From contig NIVC01000215.1 in NCBI GenBank assembly GCA_002269645.1, forward strand, positions 682,001 to 746,000: a stretch of DNA of 64,000 nucleotides, read 5' to 3'. Both the position numbers and the translations under genes were made by a program. Shown one piece after another: positions 26,385 to 37,998 of this stretch. The DNA is from Macrostomum lignano (lineage: Eukaryota). Positions within the stretch are counted from its first letter, which is position 1; each line of letters starts with the position of its first letter. Under the pieces are notes generated by a model. It ran no database searches and was not told the DNA's origin. It saw nothing but the letters and a program-made list of their open reading frames with translations.

Positions 26385-26718
26385 TAGGCACTCATTTTAG
26401 CGCTGCAGGCACTCATTTTAGCGCTGCAGGCACTCATTTTAGCGCCGCAGGCACTCATTTTAGCGCTGCAGGCACTCATTTTAGCGCCGCAGGCACTCAT
26501 TTTAGCGCTGCAGGCACTCATTTTAGCGCCGCAGGCACTCATTTTAGCGCTGCAGGCACTCTTTTTAGCGCCGCAGGCACTCATTTTAGCGCTGCAGGCA
26601 CTCATTTTAGCACCGCAGGCACTCATTTTAGCGCTGCAGGCACTCATTTTAGCGCCGCAGGCACTCATTTTAGCGCTGCAGGCACTCATTTTAGCGCCGC
26701 AGGCACTCATTTTGGCGC
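26385..26718 (+). repeat. 21-bp array (GGCACTCATTTTAGCGCYGCA)
   Basis: Direct tandem repeat; inverted relative to 27121-27490. Confidence 0.95.
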
Positions 26719-27120
26719 CAAAGGTGCTATATTTTGGTGCTGTGAAGAAAAAATTTTTGATTACCACGAGTCACAAAGGTGGGGTGGGGGGACAAAGCAT
26801 TGGCATGTCCCCCTTCCATAGCTTTTACTGAGGGGGGGGAAAGCTGTCTCCCCTCCGGTGGCGACGGGCCTGTTCAGGTTGTTTTTGTTGGTTTGCAGTG
26901 CATTTTTTCTGCCTGCCGAGATACATATGTATGACTTGAATGGACTAAAAGTTTTCACTCGTCATAAAACGGTCTTTTCATCTGCTTTTTATTAAATTTG
27001 AGATAAGGAAAGGAATTAACCAAGGCCAACATATTTTTTTCCAAGAATCAGTGGCCTCAGCGCTTTTCCCCCAAGGGGAAGTTTAACAATAACATTTACT
27101 GTAAATTTCCTGAAGAATTC

Positions 27121-27490
27121 GGCGCTAAAATGAGTGCCTGCAGCGCTAAAATGAGTGCCTGCGCGCGGCGCTAAAATGAGTGCCTGCGGCGCTAAAATGA
27201 GTGCCTGCGGCGCTAAAATGAGTGCCTGCGGCGCTAAAATGAGTGCCTGCGCGCGGCGCTAAAATGAGTGCCTGCGGCGCTAAAATGAGTGCCTGCGCGC
27301 GGCGCTAAAATGAGTGCCTGCGGCGCTAAAATGAGTGCCTGCGCGCGGCGCTAAAATGAGTGCCTGCGACGCTAAAATGAGTGCCTGCGGCGCTAAAATG
27401 AGTGCCTGCGGCGCTAAAATGAGTGCCTGCGGCGCTAAAATGAGTGCCTGCGGCGCTAAAATGAGTGCCTGCGGCGCCAAAATGAGCGCT
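27121..27490 (-). repeat. Same 21-bp array in the opposite orientation
   Basis: Unit GGCGCTAAAATGAGTGCCTGC. Confidence 0.95.
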
Positions 27491-28194
27491 GACAACACGA
27501 TTATCAAACTAAGTAATGGAAATGTAGGAATTTAGTCATATACATGTACATGTTGAATTTTTCCTGCCGAACTTTGCCCGCGGACAAAATTTCGCTCTAT
27601 TTTTGGCTGAGTAAAATTTCCCCCTAAAGGAAGTCGATTCTCATTGTGTTTTCAACTCCTTTTCATTTAACCGCATATAATAGAATCATGAACGGAAGCA
27701 TGATGCGAAATAAAATTGTGAAGATTAAATTTACTTAATAAATAACAAAAAATTATTAGCTGTTACCGTTTCAGCTACACAAAAATATTGATTGAGTTTG
27801 TGAGTACCCTCTTTATAAAAACCATCTGTAATTATTGTTAGTATACTTGCCAATAGTACTCAACTGATTCGTTTCCGGAGAAATGAAGGGTCATGTGGAA
27901 AATACTTTTAAAGTACTTTAATATATAGTTACGGTAGGCAACATTCAGCGGGCAGACGTCGGCGGGCAAACTTACTGGCGGACAAATTTCGTAGACCCCC
28001 CTGAATTCAGGATTAAACCAATTCAGTGTCAAAAAGTTCGGGGTTAGGTTCGGGTCACGTCGGGTTTTGCATGTGATACCCGGTTCGGGGTTTGAAAAAA
28101 TTATGTTCGGGTCATCCAAAAAATTTCTAGCCCGAACACTTCATCGGCAGCAGTCAACAACGCCTGCCCGACCGCAGGAGAGGCCGCGGCTCGG

Positions 28195-28290
28195 CTGTGG
28201 CAGCTGCATGTCGCGGTGGTCGAGACCGTCCTGTTGTACACCGTTGAGACGTGGACGCTGATGGCTAAACTGGTACGGCAAGCCTTTCCA
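28195..28290 (+). mobile_element. Degenerate RTE-type non-LTR fragment, same family as 41.3 kb
   Basis: Translation AVVETVLLYTVETWTLMAKL; nucleotide similarity to 41345-41400. Confidence 0.6.
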
Positions 28291-29288
28291 GCTGAGGAGA
28301 GTGTCGGGGCTGAGGCCCTGTACCAGGTCCCATGCTGCAATAAGGCCCGTCCGACCCTCTGCGTCGGAAGCGGCGACTTTAACTGCACCTTATAGATTAC
28401 TGCTGCCATGGTGGGCCAAGTAGTGATCTGGGCCGAGAGCTACCCCTCGATGACCTTCTGTTCTCAAACTTAGCAGATCTTGTCTGCTATGCCATGATCT
28501 TGTTGGCAGATCTTCTCAATCTGGTCGGTTCTTGCAGGATCTTCTAAGAAGGAACGTACATTTGTTTGTTATTCATTTGGCTAGCTAAAGTGTTCTAGCT
28601 GAATTATAATATTTTATGACAAAATGGGACAATAAATTTAAGAAAATTGGCCTCACAGGCGTTGGTTTGGCGTTGGTATAGCATTGTATAACCGTTGTAT
28701 TGCCACCGTTGTTCCAACGGTTTTGCGCCGGACATTTGTAACCGCGTTGGTCCGCCATTGCTACACAACGTTGTTCCAGCGGTGCCTTTTCCGCTGGGAT
28801 GCGATTTGAAGCTGTAACAAGATATAAAAGTCAAGATCTTGAACGATGTAGCAAGTCGCCCAGATCTGGTAAGTTTACCCAAGTATTATCATAGCGAAAA
28901 TCTTGCACCTTCTTGCAAAAACTTGCGCAGCAACCCAAGAAGATAGATAGATCTGTTAAGAATCAACTCGATCAACTCGATCAATTGTCTTCTAAATTCT
29001 GTTTGGGATATCGTACTGAAAGTTGACTAATATTCGTTTCTCAGTTTAGCCCTTTACTATGCGTAAAGTTTATAATTAATATCGCAGATCGGTGAACTAT
29101 ATCAACTAATACAAAATTTGGAATGACTTCGAGGCTTTTCATATTACAAATTCCAGAATCAGAATCGGTTCGGATCTTCCAAGAAAAACAGCAGTATAAC
29201 TATTTAATTCTGTTGAATGTTTGACTGCCTTAACAACCTTGTAGCGTATTCACTAATATTACAAAAGTATTGCAGCTAGCGTATTATA

Positions 29289-31993
29289 CCCGGGTAGCAT
29301 TTTGACGTCAATTTGCGGTTGCGTTGACGTCGCAAAAATTACCTTCGCAAATCTATTCACCCCAGCCCGTCTTCGTTGATATTTTAGTTTATTTTTGCAT
29401 AATTAGATGCCAGAGTCAATATGCATTTATAGTCATCATTTTGCTAGCTCAATTATACCTGTAAAATAGCAAAGAAGTAACGTAAAATATTCGTTGAAAG
29501 TAGGTTGAAAAATCAACGTCAAACTTTAGTCATTATGGAACCCAAAATTCGACGTTTATATACTCCAGTACTATATATTTACGTAGATTGAATGATTTTT
29601 ATAACACTGAGAAAAGTAAGGGAAAAAGTAAGGCTCGTTTTTTTACAGTTTTATTTTGTTAATACGTATTATTAAAATCGTATATTTGAATATTTTGCTG
29701 CATGATAAATCGCTTTATATCATAAGTGGCGTTGCTTTTTTATTTAGTTAGTGTTACCAGCTACATGAAACTTCACCTTCACAATGATATCAACGTCATC
29801 TTTTTCCTGGTTGAATATTATTCGAAATATTTTCAGCTGCCATAAAACGTACCAATAGATGTTTTTGGTATAGAATGACTTAAGGCAATACCAAATCATG
29901 GCTGATTTAGCTACTACAAACTTTGCTAAATTGGCTGGCTAATAAAATAGTTGCTCATTTTAATTCTACTACTTTCTCTCTCCCCATTTTCCTATCAGTA
30001 CTGCTGTTTGTATTGGAAATATACAATAATAATAGCCTGGCCTACCACAAGTATTGCATTGATTACAACTACTAGAGTTAAACATAATTCCTATCAAAAT
30101 AATTGTCTGGAATTCAAATTCCTACATACATACAGTTTGCAAAGAACTGCTTGATTTTCAAATCAGTCTTACTCTCAGCCTAATCATATATAATCATTGG
30201 ACCTTAGATATCATATCCAAGATCCCATTTCAAATTTTTATTTGGAAGGTGCAATTGTTCTAGCATTTCTATCATACAAAAAGCTTGGCATACTTGATTT
30301 GAAATTAATATTTTTTGTTTCTTAGTTTTACTAATCAGCCATTTAAGTACATCATATCTATTATACATGCTAAGTTCATGTTAGCATTTAAAATATATTT
30401 TAGTTTCCTAGTTAGCTCATTAAAATCTTTAGTAGGCCCTAATTTCTCATTTTAGCACTCTTAGAGCTACAATTTCCTTAACAAACTTATACTTTGCTAT
30501 ATTCTATATTAAAACATATATTTATTAATGTTTTGCCTCATCAAGTAGCCTATAGCTTGTTAATCATATTTAGACATATTTTAGACATTATTGTAGCATT
30601 GCTGGGCACTATTGTTTAATTTTTGGTTGAGCAGATTTTTTAGCTGAATAGAAAGTCTGAACAAAAGTAAAAATATTTATAAGATTATGTATAGAAATCC
30701 TAAGACTAAGAGTAAGGCTAAAGACTTCTGTATAATAGGGCCTATAGTTTTTTATATTGTAATTTATGGATATATAAAATATAACTGTACAAATGCATAA
30801 GTCAAAATCTTTTTATAACCAAATATACTTTTTTCTGCCTATTTCAGATGGCCACCTAGGTGAAGAGGACAGGAGAGATTGCTACTATATGCCATCAATG
30901 ATACTAATTCCAACTACTAGATAAGGAGGAGAAAATTCATTCCCATGATGACATCATCCCTGCTTATTGGAACAGGTTGTCATGAAGGGATATCAGCTAG
31001 TCAATTTGAGGAAGGAGTTGTGGAAGAGGATAACAATTCACCATTTGATTCAGTCTCCTCCAATTCAGAGACTGCAGACTATCAAGAATTTGATGTAGAT
31101 CTTCTGAGTGAAAGACTGGGCAAAATGCAGCAATATGCAACTATACTCTCTATTTATTTATTCTACAGTTCTGTTGTTTGCTGCTTTCATCCTTATATTT
31201 GTTTCAATGACACTGTTTTCAACATTCTATTCTGTTTTGTCAGTACTGTTGTTTTTGGCGCTATTGTAAATTTTTCAACTTTTAAAATTTAATTTATTAC
31301 CATCCTTTTCATAAATTTTCATATGCAAGCATCAACTTAATTTGTGTTAAAATAACAATTTACGAAAAAAAAGTAACAATAACTTCTGAATCCAATTTCT
31401 ACAATATGTATGTATACAAGAGAAGATGAATATAAGGCTTTGTCCGCATGTATTCTTGTTTAATATTTTCTGGTAAAAATGTAACTATTAGCCAGGGGCG
31501 TAGCCAAGGGGGGTCATTGGGGTCATGAACCCCCCAGCCGGCTGATCCAGGCCAAATACAGGCAGCAGCCCCCCTCCCCCGTCGCAGAGGCCTAACACCC
31601 TGCCCCCGGTTGCCGCTGTGACTGTGACACCCGGAAGGAAATTCCTAGCTACGCCACTGTTATTAGCTTCTAGAAATAAGATGGATACATGTACTGCCTA
31701 CACACATTCAAAGAAAGTTGACTTCAGAATGCAAAGATAACCATCAATTATAAAGCCAGTAACATTTGTTTTCTTAAAAGACATTATACCAGTCATTTCG
31801 TGCATTTAAAAGCCATTAAATCTATTAAATAAAGACGGTAAAATTTCGGTACATTTTGACGTCAAAACAACGTCATAGATCTAGGTCAAAATTACGTAAA
31901 AAACATCGACAGAATTGACGTCCTTTCGACGTTACACTTTGACCTATTTTCAACGTCATTTTGACGTCGCGCAACGTCACTTTGCTACCCGGG
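29289..31993. mobile_element. Non-autonomous TIR DNA transposon (CCC...GGG ends, CMC/EnSpm-like) inserted in the 5' LTR
   Basis: TIR CCCGGGTAGCA / TGCTACCCGGG with subterminal TGACGTC repeats. The 3' LTR shows the empty site (gtattATAactact), giving a 3-bp TSD ATA. Confidence 0.88.
31493..31659. mobile_element. hAT-like MITE nested in the 29289-31993 element
   Basis: TIR CAGGGGCGTAGC / GCTACGCCACTG; 8-bp TSD CTATTAGC / TTATTAGC (7 of 8 match). Confidence 0.8.
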
Positions 31994-32506
31994 ATAACTA
32001 CTGTATTCTAGAAACTTCCGCGTAAACACGCACTTTCCATATTTGGCATTTTGAATTCCCGCGCACCACCTTTCTAGAAACTGCTTCTCGAACTTTCCGG
32101 ATTCCGGAATGTTCCATCAACACGAATATAAATATACAGCACCCTAGCACGCAATTACTCAAGCCCGTTCTCTCTATTCTTTTCCACACGGAAAACAATC
32201 AAAGAAAAATTAAAGCAAACGAACCACCGCGTTCCACGCCTCAATTATTTTCGCAATTCTACAACTGGTCCGGTGAGGCGTCCAAAATTCATCTGAGTCC
32301 CCAGCAGGGGGCTAGGCCGTCGAAGTACGTGTAAATATCCGTGTAAATACTGCCTGAATGTAGCATAACGCCATCATCGACATTGCCATCAACGCCATGC
32401 CTCATCGTCGTCTGCACGCGCCCGTCGTCCACGCCACTACTGGATATAGCTACCGGATGCATCATACATGTACGACACGATATTAACCTGATCGACGTAA
32501 TTCTAC

Positions 32507-34542
32507 CCCGATCAAAAAGAAGTTGTCTTAAGACGTCTTAGAATTGTCTTAAGATGGCTAAAGACACCTCAAGACAATTTCAAGATATCTTCCACTTTGC
32601 TTCCACAAGCTATCCTGATAAAGTTGTCTTGAAGATGACTTGAAATTGACTTTTATGAGATGTCTTGTTGAAGACATCTTTAAGACATCACCTTAAAGAC
32701 TAAAAATTTACATAAACAACTGTTTCTACTGTAAGTAGGATGTTTCAGATACAAATTTATCTAGATCGTTAAAATCAAAAAAAATAAAACAAGCAACTAT
32801 TGTGACATTTATCAAAAAATTTTGTTGTATTGTAGTCTGTGGAAGGTGTGCCTATTATTAAAAATCCTTTACGCTTTTGGAGTGCAATTATATGCAATTT
32901 TTTATATTAAGTCGTTACAAACTCTGAAACAAAGTTTAACTACAACAGTTTTGATTGGAGTAAATATATTTACAAAATTCTAAACCGCTAAGCATTAAAA
33001 AAGACTAAGTTGCAATATATATCGGTGATGCTTTTGTTAAAAACAGCTAAAATCAATATGGCGGAACGACATTTTTAAAAAGGACTAAAAGACAACCTTG
33101 ACCGTGAAGGCCGCCTAATTCTCGAACACTTGCTTCTATCTTTTGTAATAAGTTTCAATTTTTCATTGGCTGCTATAGCCTATATAGATTTCTGGTGTAA
33201 GCCCTACCCTAGATTTATCTTTACTTAATGCGATAGTGTATTACTATTCGTGATGATACATCTACTATCCTCAAATTAAACCTTCCTAGTAGTATTTTTT
33301 ACTAATTCTTCCTTGGATAGCTTCTAGGATTGTATTTCATATTCTAGTGCCAGGTACCAGCAAAAACCCAGATTGGCCAGAAATGTTTTTATGCAATAGG
33401 CAATAGGGATGCTATGTAACATCCTGACTTAAAAATTACAATTTTAAATTGGACCTTGGATGCAATGTTTTTTTAGTTAGGCCTACTGCATATCTATTGC
33501 TATGCCTAGCACTAGTAAGCACTAGTTAACTAATGCATAGTCATGTGTACATTTTAAGTTAGGCCTTAATCTTTCTAATCTTTTTATTTTGCTTTGAGAT
33601 TAGGCCCTAAGCTTTAGCCTATGTATTTAAGCCTAAGGCAAAGTTATTGTATAATACACTTGTGTGAATATATAGTAGGGGCCTAGGCAATTTATTTATT
33701 AGATTTTTAATGTATATTAGTATAATAATCTATTATTTATTATTTTTTGTTTTTTTACTTATGAATTTCAAATTATTTTAGCCTAACAACCTATAAACTA
33801 TAACCTTTATTAAACTTATCCTTTTCAGCCTTATCAACACATGCTATCCATCATAGTGGAAGCTAACCTGGATCTTGAATCTTCCTGGATTGAGCCAATT
33901 CTTAACTAGTAGTTGGCTAGCAAAGGATCAATTTACAGCAAGTTTTCCACCAAGCAATGAGCAACTTGGTCATTATTGCATTAACCAAGTATTTCCATGC
34001 AATGACTGGGTATGATGCATTATAAAATTATACACTTGCACTTGAGTATTTTTGCATTTTTATTTAGTGTATTTTAACTTGTTTTTGATTCACCATTTTA
34101 TTGCTTCTGTGACTTTTAAACTGTGCCTTTTATAAAATGAAAATATAAATCATAAATCATAAATTACATTGAACCATGTTTAGAAGCCTACTAAATAGCT
34201 TCTCTTTCATATCAATATTGCCTGAAACGAAACAAAAGAGTGCTGTAATATTTTTAGTCATTTTTCTTTTAAACAACTATGATTGCAATGGCAACAGCAT
34301 TTCTTAAATGATCTTGGGCAAGATGTCTTCTGCAAGTCATCTGGAAGATGTCTTTAAGTAGATTTTAAGATGTCTTGAAGATGTCTGAAGACGTCTTTAA
34401 GTTATCTCTAAGTTGTCTACAAGTGTTGCAAGGAGCCAATTTTTAGACCGAATTAAGTCAATTGTAAGATGTCTTGAAGACATCTTTCTGTCTTATGCAA
34501 GACATCTTTAAGACATAATTAAGCCAACTTTTTTTGATCGGG
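32507..34542. mobile_element. Non-autonomous CMC/EnSpm-like DNA transposon
   Basis: TIR CCCGATCAAAAAGAAGTTGTCTTAA versus TTAAGCCAACTTTTTTTGATCGGG; 2-bp TSD AC; dense subterminal AAGA(C/T)(A/G)TCTT repeats at both ends. Confidence 0.85.
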
Positions 34543-35298
34543 ACAAACGTGGTATCGAAGTTGACACGGAACTCATCGACGACAGACAGACAAATGCCTA
34601 CACGGGTATTACCAGGCCGTTTGATAGAGTCTTCCGTGAACCCCACCAAATTCTACGCCAAAATAAGCCGAAATATCACCAGTCAACCAAGCTGCTATTG
34701 ACCAAGGAACGCGCGGCTGAAACCTTCGGCGATCGTCTTTATATGACACCTTCCACGAGGTGATCGACATCCCGAGGGGCAACCCAGCCTGTCAATCGGT
34801 TCGCCTTGTGCGCTCCATCAGCCATGCCCAGCAATATTCAGCGACCGCCTGCCGTCGTCCTCATATTAGTCTCGGGAGTCTGCCTGCAATTCGAAAGGTC
34901 GTCCTGCCTGACGATCCGTCGTCCTGGAGTGTGGCTGAGCGTGCCACAAGCATCCCAAGTTCTCCTACCAGAAGCGCGTTGCGTGTACACCTGCTACGAG
35001 ATGCCTATCGAAGCAGAGCGACAGCCCGCCTCGACTCACGGTGCACCGATCTTGTTCCGGGTGTCGTCTGTCTGCATCCTGGCACATTCCGTCTATGTGC
35101 ATTGCTATTCGGCCAACCGGGGGCATCGCAGTAAGGTCTGATTTGCGAAATGACTAATTAATCAAGCAGCTTGACTTCACCAGTAATAACGTTTCACTTA
35201 TTATTGAATATGTACATCATCGCCCCTATGCTGTAACAGTTTGAAATCTGCATGTACAAACGTACATGTCCACCCCCCCCCCCAATTCATCGTCTAAT

Positions 35299-37998
35299 CC
35301 CAAGCAAGGCAGTACGTCGCCTCGACGTCGCTATGAAGTCGCCATTGGTCGCCATCGTCGCGGGCAAATATTGGTTGCAATGTTTTAGTCGGGGCGACGT
35401 CATTCTTGCGACGTAGGCTTTTTTTCAAAAATTATTTGATATGCTATAGAAGATCTTATATCCTTACTTAAATCGGAATAACTTTTTTATGAATTTTTAA
35501 ACTAGTTGAGCTGAACTATCCTTTATTTCTACACGAAGGTTATTTGTTCGTTTGTTATACGATGGATAGTAAAATTTTCTTGATCGAAGTAGCAAAATAC
35601 GAACTGTTTCTTTTGACAATAAGTAAATTTACTGATTAATAGTGACAGAAGTAGTAGCTAAATAATTAATTCTGAATTTGATCTCTGTACCTTGTGTGGT
35701 ATAATATTGTATGATCTTATATTTATAAGATGATAGAGGTCTTTGGTCAACTGTCTTTAACGATTATTCAAATTTACCATTTTCTTTGTGCTGTCTACAT
35801 CTTAACAAGCTAACCTAATTATGCCTACCTACCTATAAATATTGTGTTGTGTTTTTGGCCAAACCAAAAGGCTTGTCAAATCAAGTTCATAAAGTGGAGC
35901 CTGTTCCTTAGTAACCTATGATGCTATGTACACAAATGATATCATTCTGCTTACAATGACATTAGAAAGCTGGGTTTGGAAAAAAGCAATAAAAATTGGA
36001 CTTTAAATAGGGGAAAACAAGCAAGGGGATAATAGAGACTTTATTTTATAAGCTTAAGTTGGCCTTTTATATTGTTAGGCCTTAATTTAATAATGTAGAC
36101 TATTGACTAGACCTAGGCTATCTAATAAGATATGATTTAAAAAATTATTTATATTTATAATGATTATATATATTAATATTAATAGTTAGGCCCTAACTTT
36201 ATTTAATCTAAGCTTTGGCCAAAATTCATATTTTGAAAATTGGTCTAATGTACTATTAATTAAGAATTTAAGAGGTTATTTTATAGATTTTTTTTTTGCA
36301 TTTTTTAGGCCTATACTTTTATAATGACTATATATTGGGATTGCCATTAGCACGCCATTGATTAGGCCCTATTTTGTCTATTTATTTTAAATTGCTTTAT
36401 AATTTATGCTTTGAAAACTTTGCTTTGAAAACTTAACCAATTTCTATGTCTAACTTGGCTTTTAGGTAAGCCTATTATTTTTTGCCTTTTATCCCTCAAT
36501 TTATTGATAGAAATTAAAAAAATTCTAATAAAATCTGATAAAATTATTAAATATCTAATAAATTAATAATTAAATTAATGTAACTAACTCAAAAGGCCTA
36601 GGCCCTATAAATCTTTACAATAAATAATAGCTACCTATAGATTATTTAAAATTGATTTTTATAAGCATTTATTCTATGTATTTCCTTGAAAAAAAAATTC
36701 ATTTTTTGTTTCTTATATACAGATAATATATTTTTATCAAATTTTGCATTGCTGATGGCATACTTTGCCCAAGAAGTTACATAATATCATGCTCCGATCA
36801 TGTGCATCAGATAAGGCAATTGCAGCTAATTACAGCAGAATACCAAAGAGATTATGTCAACACAAAGCCTGAGGAACATTCATGAGCATTAAGCAGGTCC
36901 ATCAGGACATCAACAAGACAATAACTGGACAAGTGCAAGAACTTCCATTTCTGTATTTCCTGATGCATCTGAGTCATGATGTGGAGGACCATGGCGAAGT
37001 TGGCTGCTTTCAGTGTCCCACCATTTCCTTTTAAGAATAGTGAGTATGCTTAATGCTTAAAGTCAGATATTTCAAGTTAGAAAAATGAAACTTAATATAT
37101 TTTTGCATTTGTTTTCTTTAAAGATGTCAGCAAAATTCAGAAACTGTTAAAAGATGCTTGCTTTGTTGCTTTGTGGCATCAATTTCTCAACAGCAGGATT
37201 TTGCTGGCAGTTTACCATCTAAGCCCCGAATGTTAGTTCTTCTGTCACTGTGCATATTTTTGTTAACTAATATTTTTTCCTGTTGTAAAATGATAATGTT
37301 CAGCATTGTAGTCCAATTGTCACTAATGTACTGATAAATTTCATTGCAGCATAATTGCTTTGTCCACAAGCTGTGCATGCAGTGCAGTTCCGTCGCCGGC
37401 TCCAGGACCTAGTTCTCTGCAGTCTGAATCGAGGGGGACTTGATGAGAAGGAAATGGTTCGATTTAAGTAATAATTATGCTGCCAACATGTTGTAAGGTT
37501 TAACTGTAAAATCTGGAGCAATTTCGTTTGACACTTTTTATTGTCCCTTTGACCCTTCTCAGTGAGTAAAATATCTGCACTTCAAAATGCATTTGTAAAT
37601 TCAAAATCATTTGTCTTTGAGTGTAACTGTAAAAATTACTTTTCTGATAATAATAAATAAGTTAACCAACAAAAAACCTTTTTTAATTGAATTATATTGA
37701 ATAATTTATAAATTCAATCAAGGTATTTAACCAGAGCAAGGTAGCTTATTAATCTTCGTTTAATTTCATCTATAATCTTAGTAAAAATTAATTGAATTAT
37801 GATTTCGAGATTCGCACTATATTGAAGGTGCTAAGCAATCTGTAATAGATGGTCGCCGTTTGGTCGCCAGTACGTGAAATTCTGACGTCGCCTGGGGTCG
37901 TAATGGCGACGTCGCCGCGCGCGACAAAATGGCTGGTTTGGCGACGTTATTTTGCGACGTGTTAGCGACGTCGAGGCAACGGCATTGCTTTGACTGGG
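35299..37998. mobile_element. Non-autonomous CMC/EnSpm-like DNA transposon
   Basis: Imperfect ~35-bp TIR (CCCAAGCAAGGCAGTACGTCGCCTCGACGTCGCTA versus TAGCGACGTCGAGGCAACGGCATTGCTTTGACTGGG); 2-bp TSD AT; subterminal GACGTCGC repeats. Confidence 0.85.

Noticed and set aside
28660-28798. Another ...CCGCTGGG terminus with subterminal CGTTG repeats
   Set aside because: No matching left terminus or TSD found, so it was not called as an element.
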